Shown here in pieces: positions 10,769-20,172 of a stretch of DNA of 64,000 bases. The position numbers and the translations under genes are program-made. Each line of letters opens with the position of its first letter. Within the stretch, counting starts at the first letter, position 1. Source of the stretch: an uncultured Desulfarculus sp. GTDB taxonomy: Bacteria > Desulfobacterota > Desulfarculia > Desulfarculales > Desulfarculaceae. The notes beneath the pieces were generated by a model, which worked only from the letters and a program-made list of their open reading frames with translations, did no database searches and had not been told where the DNA came from. Location: assembly GCA_963665125.2 (NCBI GenBank), contig CAXXUK010000001.1, positions 864,001-928,000 on the forward strand, in the 5' to 3' direction.

Positions 10769-11908
10769 CTATTCAAGCAATTCAATGGGATGACACACCT
10801 TTTTCCCGGGCGGCAATCCCCTGCGCCATTGGATGAAACAGCCGCTGCAAGTGGTCGCCAACATGTCGGCCCCGCTTTGGACCATCTCCCGCAGCCTAGG
10901 CCCGAATATCTCCCGGCTGAATTCCACGTTGGCCGGGGCGAAAAGGCCGCCTCCGCCGCAGCATTGGTCGGCGCCCGGCGCATCGACCATGGTCACGCCG
11001 GCGGCCTTAAGCATTTGCCTTGGGTTTTCAGCCCCACCCAGGCCGATGGCCTGGTGGCAAGGCGTGTGCAGCAGCACTGCCTCCCGAACGGCCGAAGCGA
11101 GGCCGCCGGGCTCTTCGGACAACACCTGGCAGATCTCCCGCACGGGCGGCAATGATAAATCCTGCAGGGCATAGGCACAGGAACTGCACGCCGTCACCAC
11201 CATGTCCGCTTCGGTTCGCAGCAGGGCGTCCTGGTTGCGCCGGTTCAACGTGGCGACAGTGTCTTGCGCCCCGGCCGAGCGGGCCATCAACCCGCAGCAG
11301 CCCTGATCCGGCGGCACGACGACCGTATAACGACGGGCAAGCATATCGACGGCCTTTTGGGCCAGTTCGGGGCGCAGATAATTGGCCAGGCAGCCCACGA
11401 AAAAGGCCACCCTTGGCGCATTGGCCGGGCCCTGAATAATTTCAGGCGTTTGATGCAGAAAAGGTCGTTTGGCCGGTTTGGGCAACTGGTTTAGGCCTTC
11501 CAACTCGGCCAGGCGCAGCAAGAGGCCGCTTTCGCCGGGCAGGGCCATCCGCAGGGCCTTCATCAAGGCATCCAGGCGCTCAGGTTTGGAAAAGGCCGCG
11601 TCCACGATCTTCCGCTGGATGCTGCGGCCTGCCAGAACCCTGGCTTGCTCCTGGGCCTTGCGGGCGTCCACCTGGTTCGGGCAGGCCTGGGTGCATCGGC
11701 CGCAGAGCAGGCAGGCCGAAAGCAGTTGCTTTACCGCCGCATCCGCCTGCAACTGGTCTTTGGCCAGGGCCCCGGCCACTCGGAGTTTGGCCCTGGCGCT
11801 GGTTTCCTCCCGGCGGGTGGCGCGGTAAACAGGGCAAACCGCCTGGCAGGCTCCGCAACTGCTGCAAGCCTCAACAGCCTGGATGATTTCATCCCTGACT
11901 CCGGCCAT
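10769..11908 (-). CDS. Fe-S/CCG-domain subunit, GlcF-like
   Basis: CSSCGACQAVCP, CLLCGRCTQACP, two CCG motifs. Confidence 0.88.
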   Translation of the reverse strand: MAGVRDEIIQAVEACSSCGACQAVCPVYRATRREETSARAKLRVAGALAKDQLQADAAVKQLLSACLLCGRCTQACPNQVDARKAQEQARVLAGRSIQRKIVDAAFSKPERLDALMKALRMALPGESGLLLRLAELEGLNQLPKPAKRPFLHQTPEIIQGPANAPRVAFFVGCLANYLRPELAQKAVDMLARRYTVVVPPDQGCCGLMARSAGAQDTVATLNRRNQDALLRTEADMVVTACSSCAYALQDLSLPPVREICQVLSEEPGGLASAVREAVLLHTPCHQAIGLGGAENPRQMLKAAGVTMVDAPGADQCCGGGGLFAPANVEFSREIFGPRLREMVQSGADMLATTCSGCFIQWRRGLPPGKKVCHPIELLE

Positions 11909-13302
11909 CAGTTCCCCAGGACTTCCAGCGGTGGTATGGCCTTATGGGGGTTGAGCACGCCCGCAGGATCAAAGACCTTCTTAATGCCGTGCATCAATTC
12001 CAGGGCCGCCGGATCGATCTCCGCGCCGCTGGCCCCCAGCTTGGCCACGCCAACGCCGTGCTCGCCGCTTAGGGTGCCGCCAAGGGCCAGGGTGTTGGCA
12101 AAGACATCGCTGACCGCCTTGTGGGCGTTGGCCACGCTGAACTCTTCGGCGGGGTCGTACATCACGTTTACGTGCAGGTTGCCGTCTCCGGCGTGGCCAA
12201 AGGTGACGATAAGCACTTCGCGCTCGGCGGCGATGGCCTGCACCCTACGGGTCATTTCGGCCATTTTGCCCAAGGGCACCACGATATCCTCGTTGAATTT
12301 GCCTTTGGCCAGCCGCTTCATGGCTGGTCCCATGGCCTTGCGGGCTCGCCAGATAGTCTGGCTGTCCTGGCCGCCAAAGGCCAGCCGCACGTCCCGGCCC
12401 TTGGTTTGGCGCAAGGTCTCCTGGAGCTCTGCGCCTTGCCGCCGGACAACCTCGGGCGGGCCGTCTATCTCCACCAGAACCATGGCCTGGGTGACCGGTG
12501 CGACCTCCAGCCCGCCATAGCTTTGCACCGCCTGCAAACTGGCCGCGTCCATGAACTCCAGGGCCACCGGACGGATGCCGCCGGCCAGCACCGCCGCGAT
12601 GGCCTCGGCCGCGTGGTCCAGGTCCTCGAATACGGCGCTGAGGGTGGCCGTGGCTTCGGGCAGGGGCAACAGGCGCAGGGTAAGCTCGGTGATTACCGCC
12701 AGGGTGCCTTCGCTGCCCACCAAAAGCCGGGTTAGGTCATAGCCGACAACGCCCTTCATGGTGGCCGAACCGGTGCGCATGACCTTGCCCGAGGGCAAGA
12801 CGGCCTCCAGGGCCAGGATGTAGTCCCGGGTCACGCCATACTTGACGGCCCGCAGGCCGCCCGCGTTTTCCGCGGCATTGCCGCCGATGGTGCAAAATTC
12901 CACGCTGGCTGGGTCGGGCGGATAAAACAGGCCCTTTTGGGCGGCCGCCCTTTGCAGATCGGCCGTGACCACGCCGGGCTGCACCACTGCGGTCTGGTCG
13001 GCCCGGCTGATGCGGATGATCCGGTCCATCCCGGCCATGTCCAGGATCACGCCTCCGGCCAGGGCCAGGGCTCCGCCGCTCTGGCCGCTGCCCGCGCCCC
13101 TGGGCACCACGGGCACGCCAAATGCGCTGCACGCCGCCAGGACCCTGGCGATCTGCCCTGCGTCGGTGGCCCGCACAACGGCCTCGGGCGGATGCATCCG
13201 GCCCGTGCCGTCGCTGGCGTGGGCCAGCCTGGCTCCGAGCCAATCGCTGAAATTGTGTTTTCCGGCGGCCTGAATCAGGGCTCGCCTGGCATTGTCATCC
13301 AT
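11908..13302 (-). CDS. FAD-linked oxidase, GlcD/D-lactate dehydrogenase-like
   Basis: PRGAGSG, PDPAS, GGNAAENAGG..KYG, GSEGTL, GHAGDGNLH, SGEHGVG. Confidence 0.9.
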   Translation of the reverse strand: MDDNARRALIQAAGKHNFSDWLGARLAHASDGTGRMHPPEAVVRATDAGQIARVLAACSAFGVPVVPRGAGSGQSGGALALAGGVILDMAGMDRIIRISRADQTAVVQPGVVTADLQRAAAQKGLFYPPDPASVEFCTIGGNAAENAGGLRAVKYGVTRDYILALEAVLPSGKVMRTGSATMKGVVGYDLTRLLVGSEGTLAVITELTLRLLPLPEATATLSAVFEDLDHAAEAIAAVLAGGIRPVALEFMDAASLQAVQSYGGLEVAPVTQAMVLVEIDGPPEVVRRQGAELQETLRQTKGRDVRLAFGGQDSQTIWRARKAMGPAMKRLAKGKFNEDIVVPLGKMAEMTRRVQAIAAEREVLIVTFGHAGDGNLHVNVMYDPAEEFSVANAHKAVSDVFANTLALGGTLSGEHGVGVAKLGASGAEIDPAALELMHGIKKVFDPAGVLNPHKAIPPLEVLGN

Positions 13303-13417
13303 ATATGAATCGCTCCCGCTGGGCGAATTATAGCAGACGTTAGGCTAAACGATTTTTTTAGGGGAAATCTTTCTGAATATGGTGGTTTTCCCGGATGCGG
13401 CATCCTGCGGGGCGATG

Positions 13418-14644
13418 CTATCGCGTCACTGACACCTGATGCCGGTTTCCGTTGCTGGTGGTGATAAACAGGGTCAGGGCCGAACCAGAGGCAATGGCGT
13501 TGTTGTCCTGGACCAGCAGATCCAGCTTTTCGCCTTCCGGGGCGATGGCCAGATACAGGGGCAGGCCCGCGCCGCCGGCCGGTTTGCCGTGGCGCAGCAC
13601 GTTCATGGGCCAGGCTCCCCCCGCCGTGGCCGTGGACCAGTAACCCGACAGGCGACCAACGGCCCGCAACTCCATGGCCGTGATGATGCCCGCGCCGGGC
13701 CCCAGTTTGAGCTGCAATTGGGCGTCCGGCGAACCGTCGGCCTTGTTCACTCCCCGGCCCACGGTGTCCCGGAACGAGCGGACCTTTACCACCTTGCATT
13801 GTGCCGGAAAACCGGCCGTGGCGGTGGTTGGCGGCGGCGTAACGGGAGTGGGCGCCGGGGTGGCCGTCTGACTTATGGTCGGCCGTGGCGTCGGCTCGTC
13901 AATGGCCTCGATGGTTTCCTTGTCATCCGGGTTTGAGACGGGCGGCGGCGTGGGATAGGCGGGAGTGGGGGCCGCGGTTGGCCGGCCGGTTGATTGGTCC
14001 GCCTGGACGCTGGACCCCGGTTGCGGCTCCACCACGCCGTCGGCCGCCAGGTAGTTGAGCCGTTGCCGCGCCACTTTGGCGGCATAGGAGTTCATGCCCC
14101 GGTCGCTTTGCAGGACCATGGAGTACCATCTGGAAGCTTCCCGCTTGTTGCCAGTGCGCTCCAGGGCCTGGGCATAGCTGAGGCCGTCCGTCATGATTTC
14201 GCTGTCGGTCAGGCGGCGGCCTTTGAACGATTGTTCGTAATACTTGGCGACTTTATCCCAGCGGCCGATTTTTTCATAGGCCAAAACCAGTTCGCGCCTG
14301 GCCTGGGGGGCATGGGGTGAGTCGGGATAGCGCCGCAGGTATTTTTCGAAAAGCTCGGCAATGGCCGTGTAGTCCGGCAGGCCCATGTAGCGTTTAAACA
14401 CCGATGATAATTGCCAATAGGCGTCGTGGGCCTGCGCGGTGTCCGGGCACTGGTCTATGATTTTCTCCAGCAGGCGGCGTTGGACTTGATAATTCTGGGG
14501 GGCTGTGTTGGCCAACTGCTCCAGCAGGTCCAGGGCCTGTTTTTGCTGCTCCGCCTGGGTTGCGGCATGAGCCTGCCCCAGGCCGGCAAATATCAAAAAC
14601 AGGATTATTGATAGCTTGGCCGCGAAACGAATCATGGAATCCAT
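13418..14644 (-). CDS. Exported TPR (BamD/YbgF-like) protein with Pro/Thr linker and unnamed C-terminal beta domain
   Basis: Signal peptide ..AHA; YLRRYPDSPHAPQA TPR-like repeats; PT-rich linker; C-terminal domain shared with the upstream gene. Confidence 0.8.
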   Translation of the reverse strand: MDSMIRFAAKLSIILFLIFAGLGQAHAATQAEQQKQALDLLEQLANTAPQNYQVQRRLLEKIIDQCPDTAQAHDAYWQLSSVFKRYMGLPDYTAIAELFEKYLRRYPDSPHAPQARRELVLAYEKIGRWDKVAKYYEQSFKGRRLTDSEIMTDGLSYAQALERTGNKREASRWYSMVLQSDRGMNSYAAKVARQRLNYLAADGVVEPQPGSSVQADQSTGRPTAAPTPAYPTPPPVSNPDDKETIEAIDEPTPRPTISQTATPAPTPVTPPPTTATAGFPAQCKVVKVRSFRDTVGRGVNKADGSPDAQLQLKLGPGAGIITAMELRAVGRLSGYWSTATAGGAWPMNVLRHGKPAGGAGLPLYLAIAPEGEKLDLLVQDNNAIASGSALTLFITTSNGNRHQVSVTR

Positions 14645-14694
14645 GGTCTCAGGCCCGCACCGGAGGGTGGTTGCCTTCCGGTGCGGGCAAGTGG

Positions 14695-17670
14695 TTATTG
14701 CTGAACCGGTATCTCAAGGGTTTCGCCGCCGTCGAGCTGGATCTGCACGACGAATGCTCCCTTGCCCGAGGCCAGGGCGTTGTTGTCCTGAATCAACAAA
14801 CCAAACTTGCGAGTGCTGTCGCCCAGCTTGATGATAACCGATCCGTCGGGGTTGTTGAGGGCCTTGCCCTTTTCCGTGATGACCACCAGCCAATGGCCGT
14901 TGCCGGGGACGGTGTCCCACTGGGCCTGTTGGCCCTGGGTGCTCTTGATGGTCATGGTTTCAATGGTGCGGCCCGGCGCCTTGAGCTTGAGGTCAAGCAC
15001 CGCCTCGGGAGAACCGTCGCCGCGCATTTCCTCGCCGCGGCCTGTCTTGTCATAGAAGCCGCGCAGGGTCTTGACCTTGCATGACGATTCGTACTGGGCG
15101 CCGGCCTGGACCGTGGCCGCCGGAGTTTGCTCGGGCGGGGTGGCCGGCTCGGTGGCGGTGGTTTCCGGGGTGGTGTTTACGCTCGGCGTCTGCGTGGCGG
15201 CGGGCAGGGGCAGGTTGCCCTGGGTCTCCGGGGCAGCCGTTTCCGGCGTGGCGTTCACGCCCGGCGTCTGCGTGGCGGCCGGAACCTTGCTCAGGTCAAA
15301 GGTGCCCGGTTCGGCGCTGACGTTGTTGAGTATTTCTTCGCACTGCTTGCGGGCCTGGCCCCAAGCGTCGCCGCCAAACACGGATATGGCGATCTGGGCA
15401 TAACCACCGGCGGCAAGCGGAGCCTGCACCGAGGCCAGCAGCCGGGCGGAGAAGGGCTCGCCTGGCTTGCGGGTCAATTCGTAGAGCTTCACCGGAAGGC
15501 CGTTTATAGTCTTGTCGCCCAGGTTGACGACGTCGAATATCCTTTCAGTGGTGGACAAGGTTTTTTCAAAGGGGATGTTGTCGCAAATAATGGTGAAATC
15601 CATTTTGCGCCCCGTGCCGCATTCATAGGCGCCATAGGAAACGGCCGCCGGTTGGATGGGTATTGTGAACCAACCCCAGGGCGTCTTGAACTTGAAGCCT
15701 TTCCACTCATGGGCCTGCCACAAGTCTTCGCCCGCCGGCAGGCTGATCCGGATGTTTTCAAAGAATGCGTCGACTTCCTTTTGCCGGGCCGCGAAATCCT
15801 TGCCCTGGGCGTAGAAGACCAGATACATGCCGTTGGGCAGTGGCTCGGCGGCAACAAGCATGCGGGCCGGAATATCCTTTCGCGACGAAATATTGCCGTC
15901 GAGTTGATGGAAGGCGATCCGATCCTTGCCCTGGCCGCCGCTGAGCGTGGTTTCAGATTTTGCCGAAACCTCGATGTGCTGGTCCTTGGCCGCGGCCTCG
16001 GGGTCCACGACCATTTCCGCGCCGAGGATCAGGCTGGAATTATATTTGCTGCCGACGACCCAGCGCAGGCTTTGGTCTTGTCCGCTTTTGGTTTTGCGTT
16101 GTTCCTCTTTTTGGGCGTCAGGCGGCGTCAGGATGTCAACGATGCCCAGGAAGCCGGATTTCTGCCAGGCGGAAACATCCACGGCCGGCTCCGTTTGCGG
16201 GGTTGTTGTCTGGGCCGTGGGCTCTGGTGTGGCAGTCAGGGGCAGGTTGCCCTGGGTCTCCGGCGGGGCGGAATCTGGCGTTGGATTGCCCGTAGCCGTT
16301 TGCACCGGCTCCGTGGGCTGGGGCGTGGAGGCCATGGGCAGGTTGCCCTGAGTCTCCGGCGCGGCTGTTTCCGGCGTGGCGTTGGCAGCCGTGGCCTCCG
16401 GCGGAGGTTCGGGCAACTGCGCGGGAACCGCGCCGGTTGCCTGGGCGGCGGGCGTCGCCGCCGCCACCGGAGCCGCGCTCATGTCAAAGCTGTCAGCCTG
16501 GGGCGTGACGCTTTGCATCATTTCCTCGATCAACTCGCGGGCATCGCCCCACTGGTCGCCGCCGCTCACCGAACCGCTGATCTGGATATATCCTCCGGAT
16601 TTCAGCGGAACCTGCACCGAGGCCAACAACGTGGCGGCAAAGGGCTGTCCCGGCCCGCTGGCCAGTTCGTAGAGCATCACGGGCATGCCGTTGATCGTAT
16701 TACCACCAAGTTCGGTGACATTATTCAACTTTTTAAGGTCTTCCAGTTCCTTCTCATAGGGTGTTTTCGACCATTGGACACCGAAAGTCATCTCCCTATC
16801 CGTACCGCGTTCATAACCCTTGTAGTCGTTGGCCCAGTTGTTGCTCTTGTAACGCACCCATCCCCAGGGCGTCTTGAATTTCAGTCCCCGCCACTGTTGC
16901 CATTGCCAGTAGTCATCGCCCTCCGGCATATGGATGCGGATGCTTTCGAAAAACACCGCTACGTCGTTTTGACGGGCCTGGAAATCCTTGCCGCAGACCC
17001 AGAACGCCAGATACATGCCGTTGGGCAGGGGGTCGGCGGTGACGATCAGGCGGGCCGGAAGGTCTTTGCCCCCGATGTTCATGGTGCCGTCGTACTGAAA
17101 ACAACAGATCCAGTTTTTACCCACCGGGCCGTTGAGCACGGCCTTGTCTTCCCGGGCCACCTTCATGGATTTGGCCTTGGCCTTGGGATCGCGGACCATT
17201 TCCGCGCCAAAGAAAAGCTTGTATTCGTAGTACTTGCCGACCACCCAAAGCAGATCGTTTTTGTGATCGGTGTACCGGCTGGCGTCCGGCGGGAACAAAA
17301 TGTCAACGATGTCGAGGAATTTGACGCGTTGCCAGTCTGAAATGTCATGGGTCGGTTCGGCTGGCTCCTTGGGCCCGTCCGGGTCCGGAGGCTGGGCCGT
17401 TTGGCCGGCGTTAGTTGCGGTTTTATCGCCGGATGCGGCTTTGTCCCACATTTTGCCCAGGGATCCCTTTTCCACCGGCGCGGTGTTTTGCGGGGTCGGC
17501 GTGGCCGTTACGGTGGCCGCGGTTTGAGCCTTGCCGCCCGAAGCGGCCTGGTTCCACAAGTCTCCGGCCACGCCTGCCTGGGCCTGGAATGACGCGCCGG
17601 AAATGATCGTGAACATGGCGGCGCAGATAATAGCCGCGGCAACTGAAAAAACAATACGCGCCGGTTTCAT
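14695..17670 (-). CDS. Large exported modular protein (991 aa): tandem duplicated ~295-aa module, PT-rich linkers, shared C-terminal domain
   Basis: GGAGG RBS, signal peptide ..AQA; two copies of IVDILxPPD..GAEMVxDP..PLPNGMYL..KFKTPWGW..TINGxPVxLYEL..LLASVQxPL. Confidence 0.85.
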   Translation of the reverse strand: MKPARIVFSVAAAIICAAMFTIISGASFQAQAGVAGDLWNQAASGGKAQTAATVTATPTPQNTAPVEKGSLGKMWDKAASGDKTATNAGQTAQPPDPDGPKEPAEPTHDISDWQRVKFLDIVDILFPPDASRYTDHKNDLLWVVGKYYEYKLFFGAEMVRDPKAKAKSMKVAREDKAVLNGPVGKNWICCFQYDGTMNIGGKDLPARLIVTADPLPNGMYLAFWVCGKDFQARQNDVAVFFESIRIHMPEGDDYWQWQQWRGLKFKTPWGWVRYKSNNWANDYKGYERGTDREMTFGVQWSKTPYEKELEDLKKLNNVTELGGNTINGMPVMLYELASGPGQPFAATLLASVQVPLKSGGYIQISGSVSGGDQWGDARELIEEMMQSVTPQADSFDMSAAPVAAATPAAQATGAVPAQLPEPPPEATAANATPETAAPETQGNLPMASTPQPTEPVQTATGNPTPDSAPPETQGNLPLTATPEPTAQTTTPQTEPAVDVSAWQKSGFLGIVDILTPPDAQKEEQRKTKSGQDQSLRWVVGSKYNSSLILGAEMVVDPEAAAKDQHIEVSAKSETTLSGGQGKDRIAFHQLDGNISSRKDIPARMLVAAEPLPNGMYLVFYAQGKDFAARQKEVDAFFENIRISLPAGEDLWQAHEWKGFKFKTPWGWFTIPIQPAAVSYGAYECGTGRKMDFTIICDNIPFEKTLSTTERIFDVVNLGDKTINGLPVKLYELTRKPGEPFSARLLASVQAPLAAGGYAQIAISVFGGDAWGQARKQCEEILNNVSAEPGTFDLSKVPAATQTPGVNATPETAAPETQGNLPLPAATQTPSVNTTPETTATEPATPPEQTPAATVQAGAQYESSCKVKTLRGFYDKTGRGEEMRGDGSPEAVLDLKLKAPGRTIETMTIKSTQGQQAQWDTVPGNGHWLVVITEKGKALNNPDGSVIIKLGDSTRKFGLLIQDNNALASGKGAFVVQIQLDGGETLEIPVQQ
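15200..16390 (-). repeat. Three copies of an intragenic linker repeat encoding PETQGNLP
   Basis: GGCAGGTTGCCCTG(G/A)GTCTCCGG near 15209, 16242 and 16337. Confidence 0.85.
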
Positions 17671-17845
17671 GCAAACCTCCCCTATATCCAGAATTGCTTT
17701 CGTTTCTTAATTTGACGAAACCATTCCGGATGATCTTTCAAGTAGATTATTTTTAGAGGATAGGACGGGCAGGGGAAAAGATAAACCAATTTTTAATGCG
17801 CCGGTGACGTAAGGATCAATAATCTCAATTCGTCTGTAATATTGG

Positions 17846-17873
17846 TTTACAAGAGTGCACTGTTTGCTATGAT
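17846..17873 (+). promoter_or_regulatory. Putative sigma70 promoter of the vWA-tag operon
   Basis: TTTACA-N16-TATGAT with TG extension (TGCTATGAT). Confidence 0.5.
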
Positions 17874-17971
17874 GAAACGGCTTACCTAACGGCTTTGCCG
17901 GTACGGGCTCCACTGGCTTGTCGCCCCTGGCGGGGCGGTGGAGTAGCCGTGTCCGGGGGAGGTTTCTTGAA

Positions 17972-20161
17972 ATGAAGCGTTTGCTTGTAGTTCTAACTGC
18001 ATTGCTATTAATCATTCCGGCGGTGTGCGTGGCCCAGGCGGACGACGCCCGCAGGCCGGTCAAGATAGACGGTAAACAACATCTGCCTTTGCGCGTGTTG
18101 GCCAGGCCGTTTTCACACGTCTACAAGAGCCAGGACGTCCAGAGCGGTACGGTGAAGGAAAACGTTCCTGCGTTCCAGCCTTTTTATGTCTACACCAGAC
18201 CCTCCGATCAGGAGCGGGCCAACCATCAGGGCTGGTACGAAGTCGGCTCCGACGCCCGGGGCACCATCTTGGGCTGGATGCAGGCCAAAGACGTATTCGA
18301 ATGGAAGCAGGCCATGTGTTTGGCCTACACCCACCCCCAGGGCCGGCACCCGGTGTTGATGTTCGCCCAGGAGCAGCCCTTGGCCAAACTGGTTGCCGAT
18401 CCCGCCAGCCAGCGCACCGCCGAAGCCGACAAGCTCTACAAAGATATCAAGGACAAGAACATCCCCCCGGATTTCCCGGTCAAGTCCGTTGAGCCGGAAA
18501 AGGCCGTTGATATCGCCAAGCAATTTTATCTGCTGCCCATTCTCGACTACAAGGTCATAAAGATCGACGGCAGGGAGGGCCGCATCGTCAAGCTGGCCGC
18601 CGTTACCGGGTCCGGGCCGGATGCCCGCCAAACCAGCGATATCCGTGAAAACAAACAATACGTGGACAAGGCCACCGAGGGCTCCACCCAGGTTTCGGCC
18701 GAAACGCTCAAGAATATCAATGTTGACGTTGTGTTCGTCATGGACACGACGGTAAGCATGCGGCCCAACATCGACTCCACGCTCAATGTTATCAAGCAGG
18801 TTGCCGCCAATGTGGCGGGCGAGCCCGACGTGGCCTCCAGCATCAAGTTCGGTTTCTGGGGCTACCGCGACTCGTCCAAGGACATCCCCGGCATCGGCTA
18901 CACGACCAAGAACTACACTCCGCAGTTGCAATCGGCCCAGGACTTCCAACAGACCATGGCCGGGGTCAATGTGACCGAAATCGACTCGGTTGACTACGCC
19001 GAAGACGTGTTCAGCGGTGTTGACGAAGCCATGCGCAAGACATCCTGGACCCCCGAGGCCATCAAGCTGCTGGTCCTGGTGGGTGACGCGCCGGGCCACG
19101 ACCTGGGCCATAAGTGGAACCTTTCGGGGCAGGACGAAAATACCCTCAGAGCCATCGCTGACGACGAGTCACTTTACATCCTGGCCCTGCACATCAAAAA
19201 CCCCAGGGCCACCAAGTACAACCCCAGGGCAGAGGAGCAATACAAGGTATTGTCCACCAACCCCGGCAGCGGCAACGCCTCGTATTCCACGGTTCCCAGC
19301 AAGGACCTGGCCGCCTATCAGGCCGCTACCGACGCCATCACCGGCGCGGTGCTGAACTTCCTGCGTTCGGCCAAAAAGGGCCAAGTGACTCCGGCCGTGG
19401 AGCCTGCCGGACCGGCCATGCCTCCCACGGCGCCCAAGCCCACCCAGGGCGGCGGCGAACTGGCCGGGCTTGATCCCGAGCCCACGCCGGAAACGGCCCA
19501 GCCCACCCCCACCGCGCCCGCGCCCGCGCCCTCGCCTGCGGCAACGCAGTCCGAACTGTCCGAGGTGGAACCCCAGCCCGGCGTGACCACCGCCGACCAG
19601 GCCACGAACATGACCAACCTGGCCCTCAGGGCCGCATTGGTGCAGTGGATCGGCCGCCAGACAGGAGCCCAGGCCCCCAGGGATATTGAAGCCTGGGCCG
19701 TGGACAAGGACCTCATCGAACCGGCCATTACCTCCATGGAGGTTAGGCTGTTGATCAATAAGCGCCAGCTTAGTTCCCTCAAGGACGTGCTTACCGAGGT
19801 GTTGGGCGCCGGCCGCCTGGGCCAGATCGGCGGCGAGGACTTCTTCACCGCCTTGCAGGCCACGGCAGCCACGGCCGCCCGTGACCCCAACCAGATCAAG
19901 AACGCCCGTACCATGGCCGACACCGGTTTGGTTCCCGAGTTCCTGGTTGGGCTGCCGTATGAAAGCAGGCTCATGTCCATGACCAATGAATATTGGCAGA
20001 ACATGGGGCCGGACGCCCAGGACGAGTTCCTCAACGAGCTTGAGGCGCGGATCGCCGCCTACCAGGCCATCCACGAGAGCCCGGACGGCTGGATCGCCCT
20101 TAACCAGGGAGACGACGCTGGGGACATGGTCTACCCCATAAGCCTCGAACTGCTGCCATAG
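17972..20161 (+). CDS. Secreted vWA-domain protein resembling the periplasmic C-terminal part of PpkA, without kinase domain
   Basis: GGAGG RBS, signal peptide MKRLL..AQA; LRVLARP, PAFQPFYVY, EWKQAM, FYLLPILD; MIDAS-like VFVMDTTVSM; C-terminal VYPISLELLP. Confidence 0.8.
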   Translation: MKRLLVVLTALLLIIPAVCVAQADDARRPVKIDGKQHLPLRVLARPFSHVYKSQDVQSGTVKENVPAFQPFYVYTRPSDQERANHQGWYEVGSDARGTILGWMQAKDVFEWKQAMCLAYTHPQGRHPVLMFAQEQPLAKLVADPASQRTAEADKLYKDIKDKNIPPDFPVKSVEPEKAVDIAKQFYLLPILDYKVIKIDGREGRIVKLAAVTGSGPDARQTSDIRENKQYVDKATEGSTQVSAETLKNINVDVVFVMDTTVSMRPNIDSTLNVIKQVAANVAGEPDVASSIKFGFWGYRDSSKDIPGIGYTTKNYTPQLQSAQDFQQTMAGVNVTEIDSVDYAEDVFSGVDEAMRKTSWTPEAIKLLVLVGDAPGHDLGHKWNLSGQDENTLRAIADDESLYILALHIKNPRATKYNPRAEEQYKVLSTNPGSGNASYSTVPSKDLAAYQAATDAITGAVLNFLRSAKKGQVTPAVEPAGPAMPPTAPKPTQGGGELAGLDPEPTPETAQPTPTAPAPAPSPAATQSELSEVEPQPGVTTADQATNMTNLALRAALVQWIGRQTGAQAPRDIEAWAVDKDLIEPAITSMEVRLLINKRQLSSLKDVLTEVLGAGRLGQIGGEDFFTALQATAATAARDPNQIKNARTMADTGLVPEFLVGLPYESRLMSMTNEYWQNMGPDAQDEFLNELEARIAAYQAIHESPDGWIALNQGDDAGDMVYPISLELLP

Positions 20162-20172
20162 GGCGCAAGTCC

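Noticed and set aside
15127..17340. 737-aa plus-strand ORF
   Set aside because: Antisense shadow of the 991-aa gene, which has the RBS, signal peptide and domain duplication; long shadows are expected at high GC
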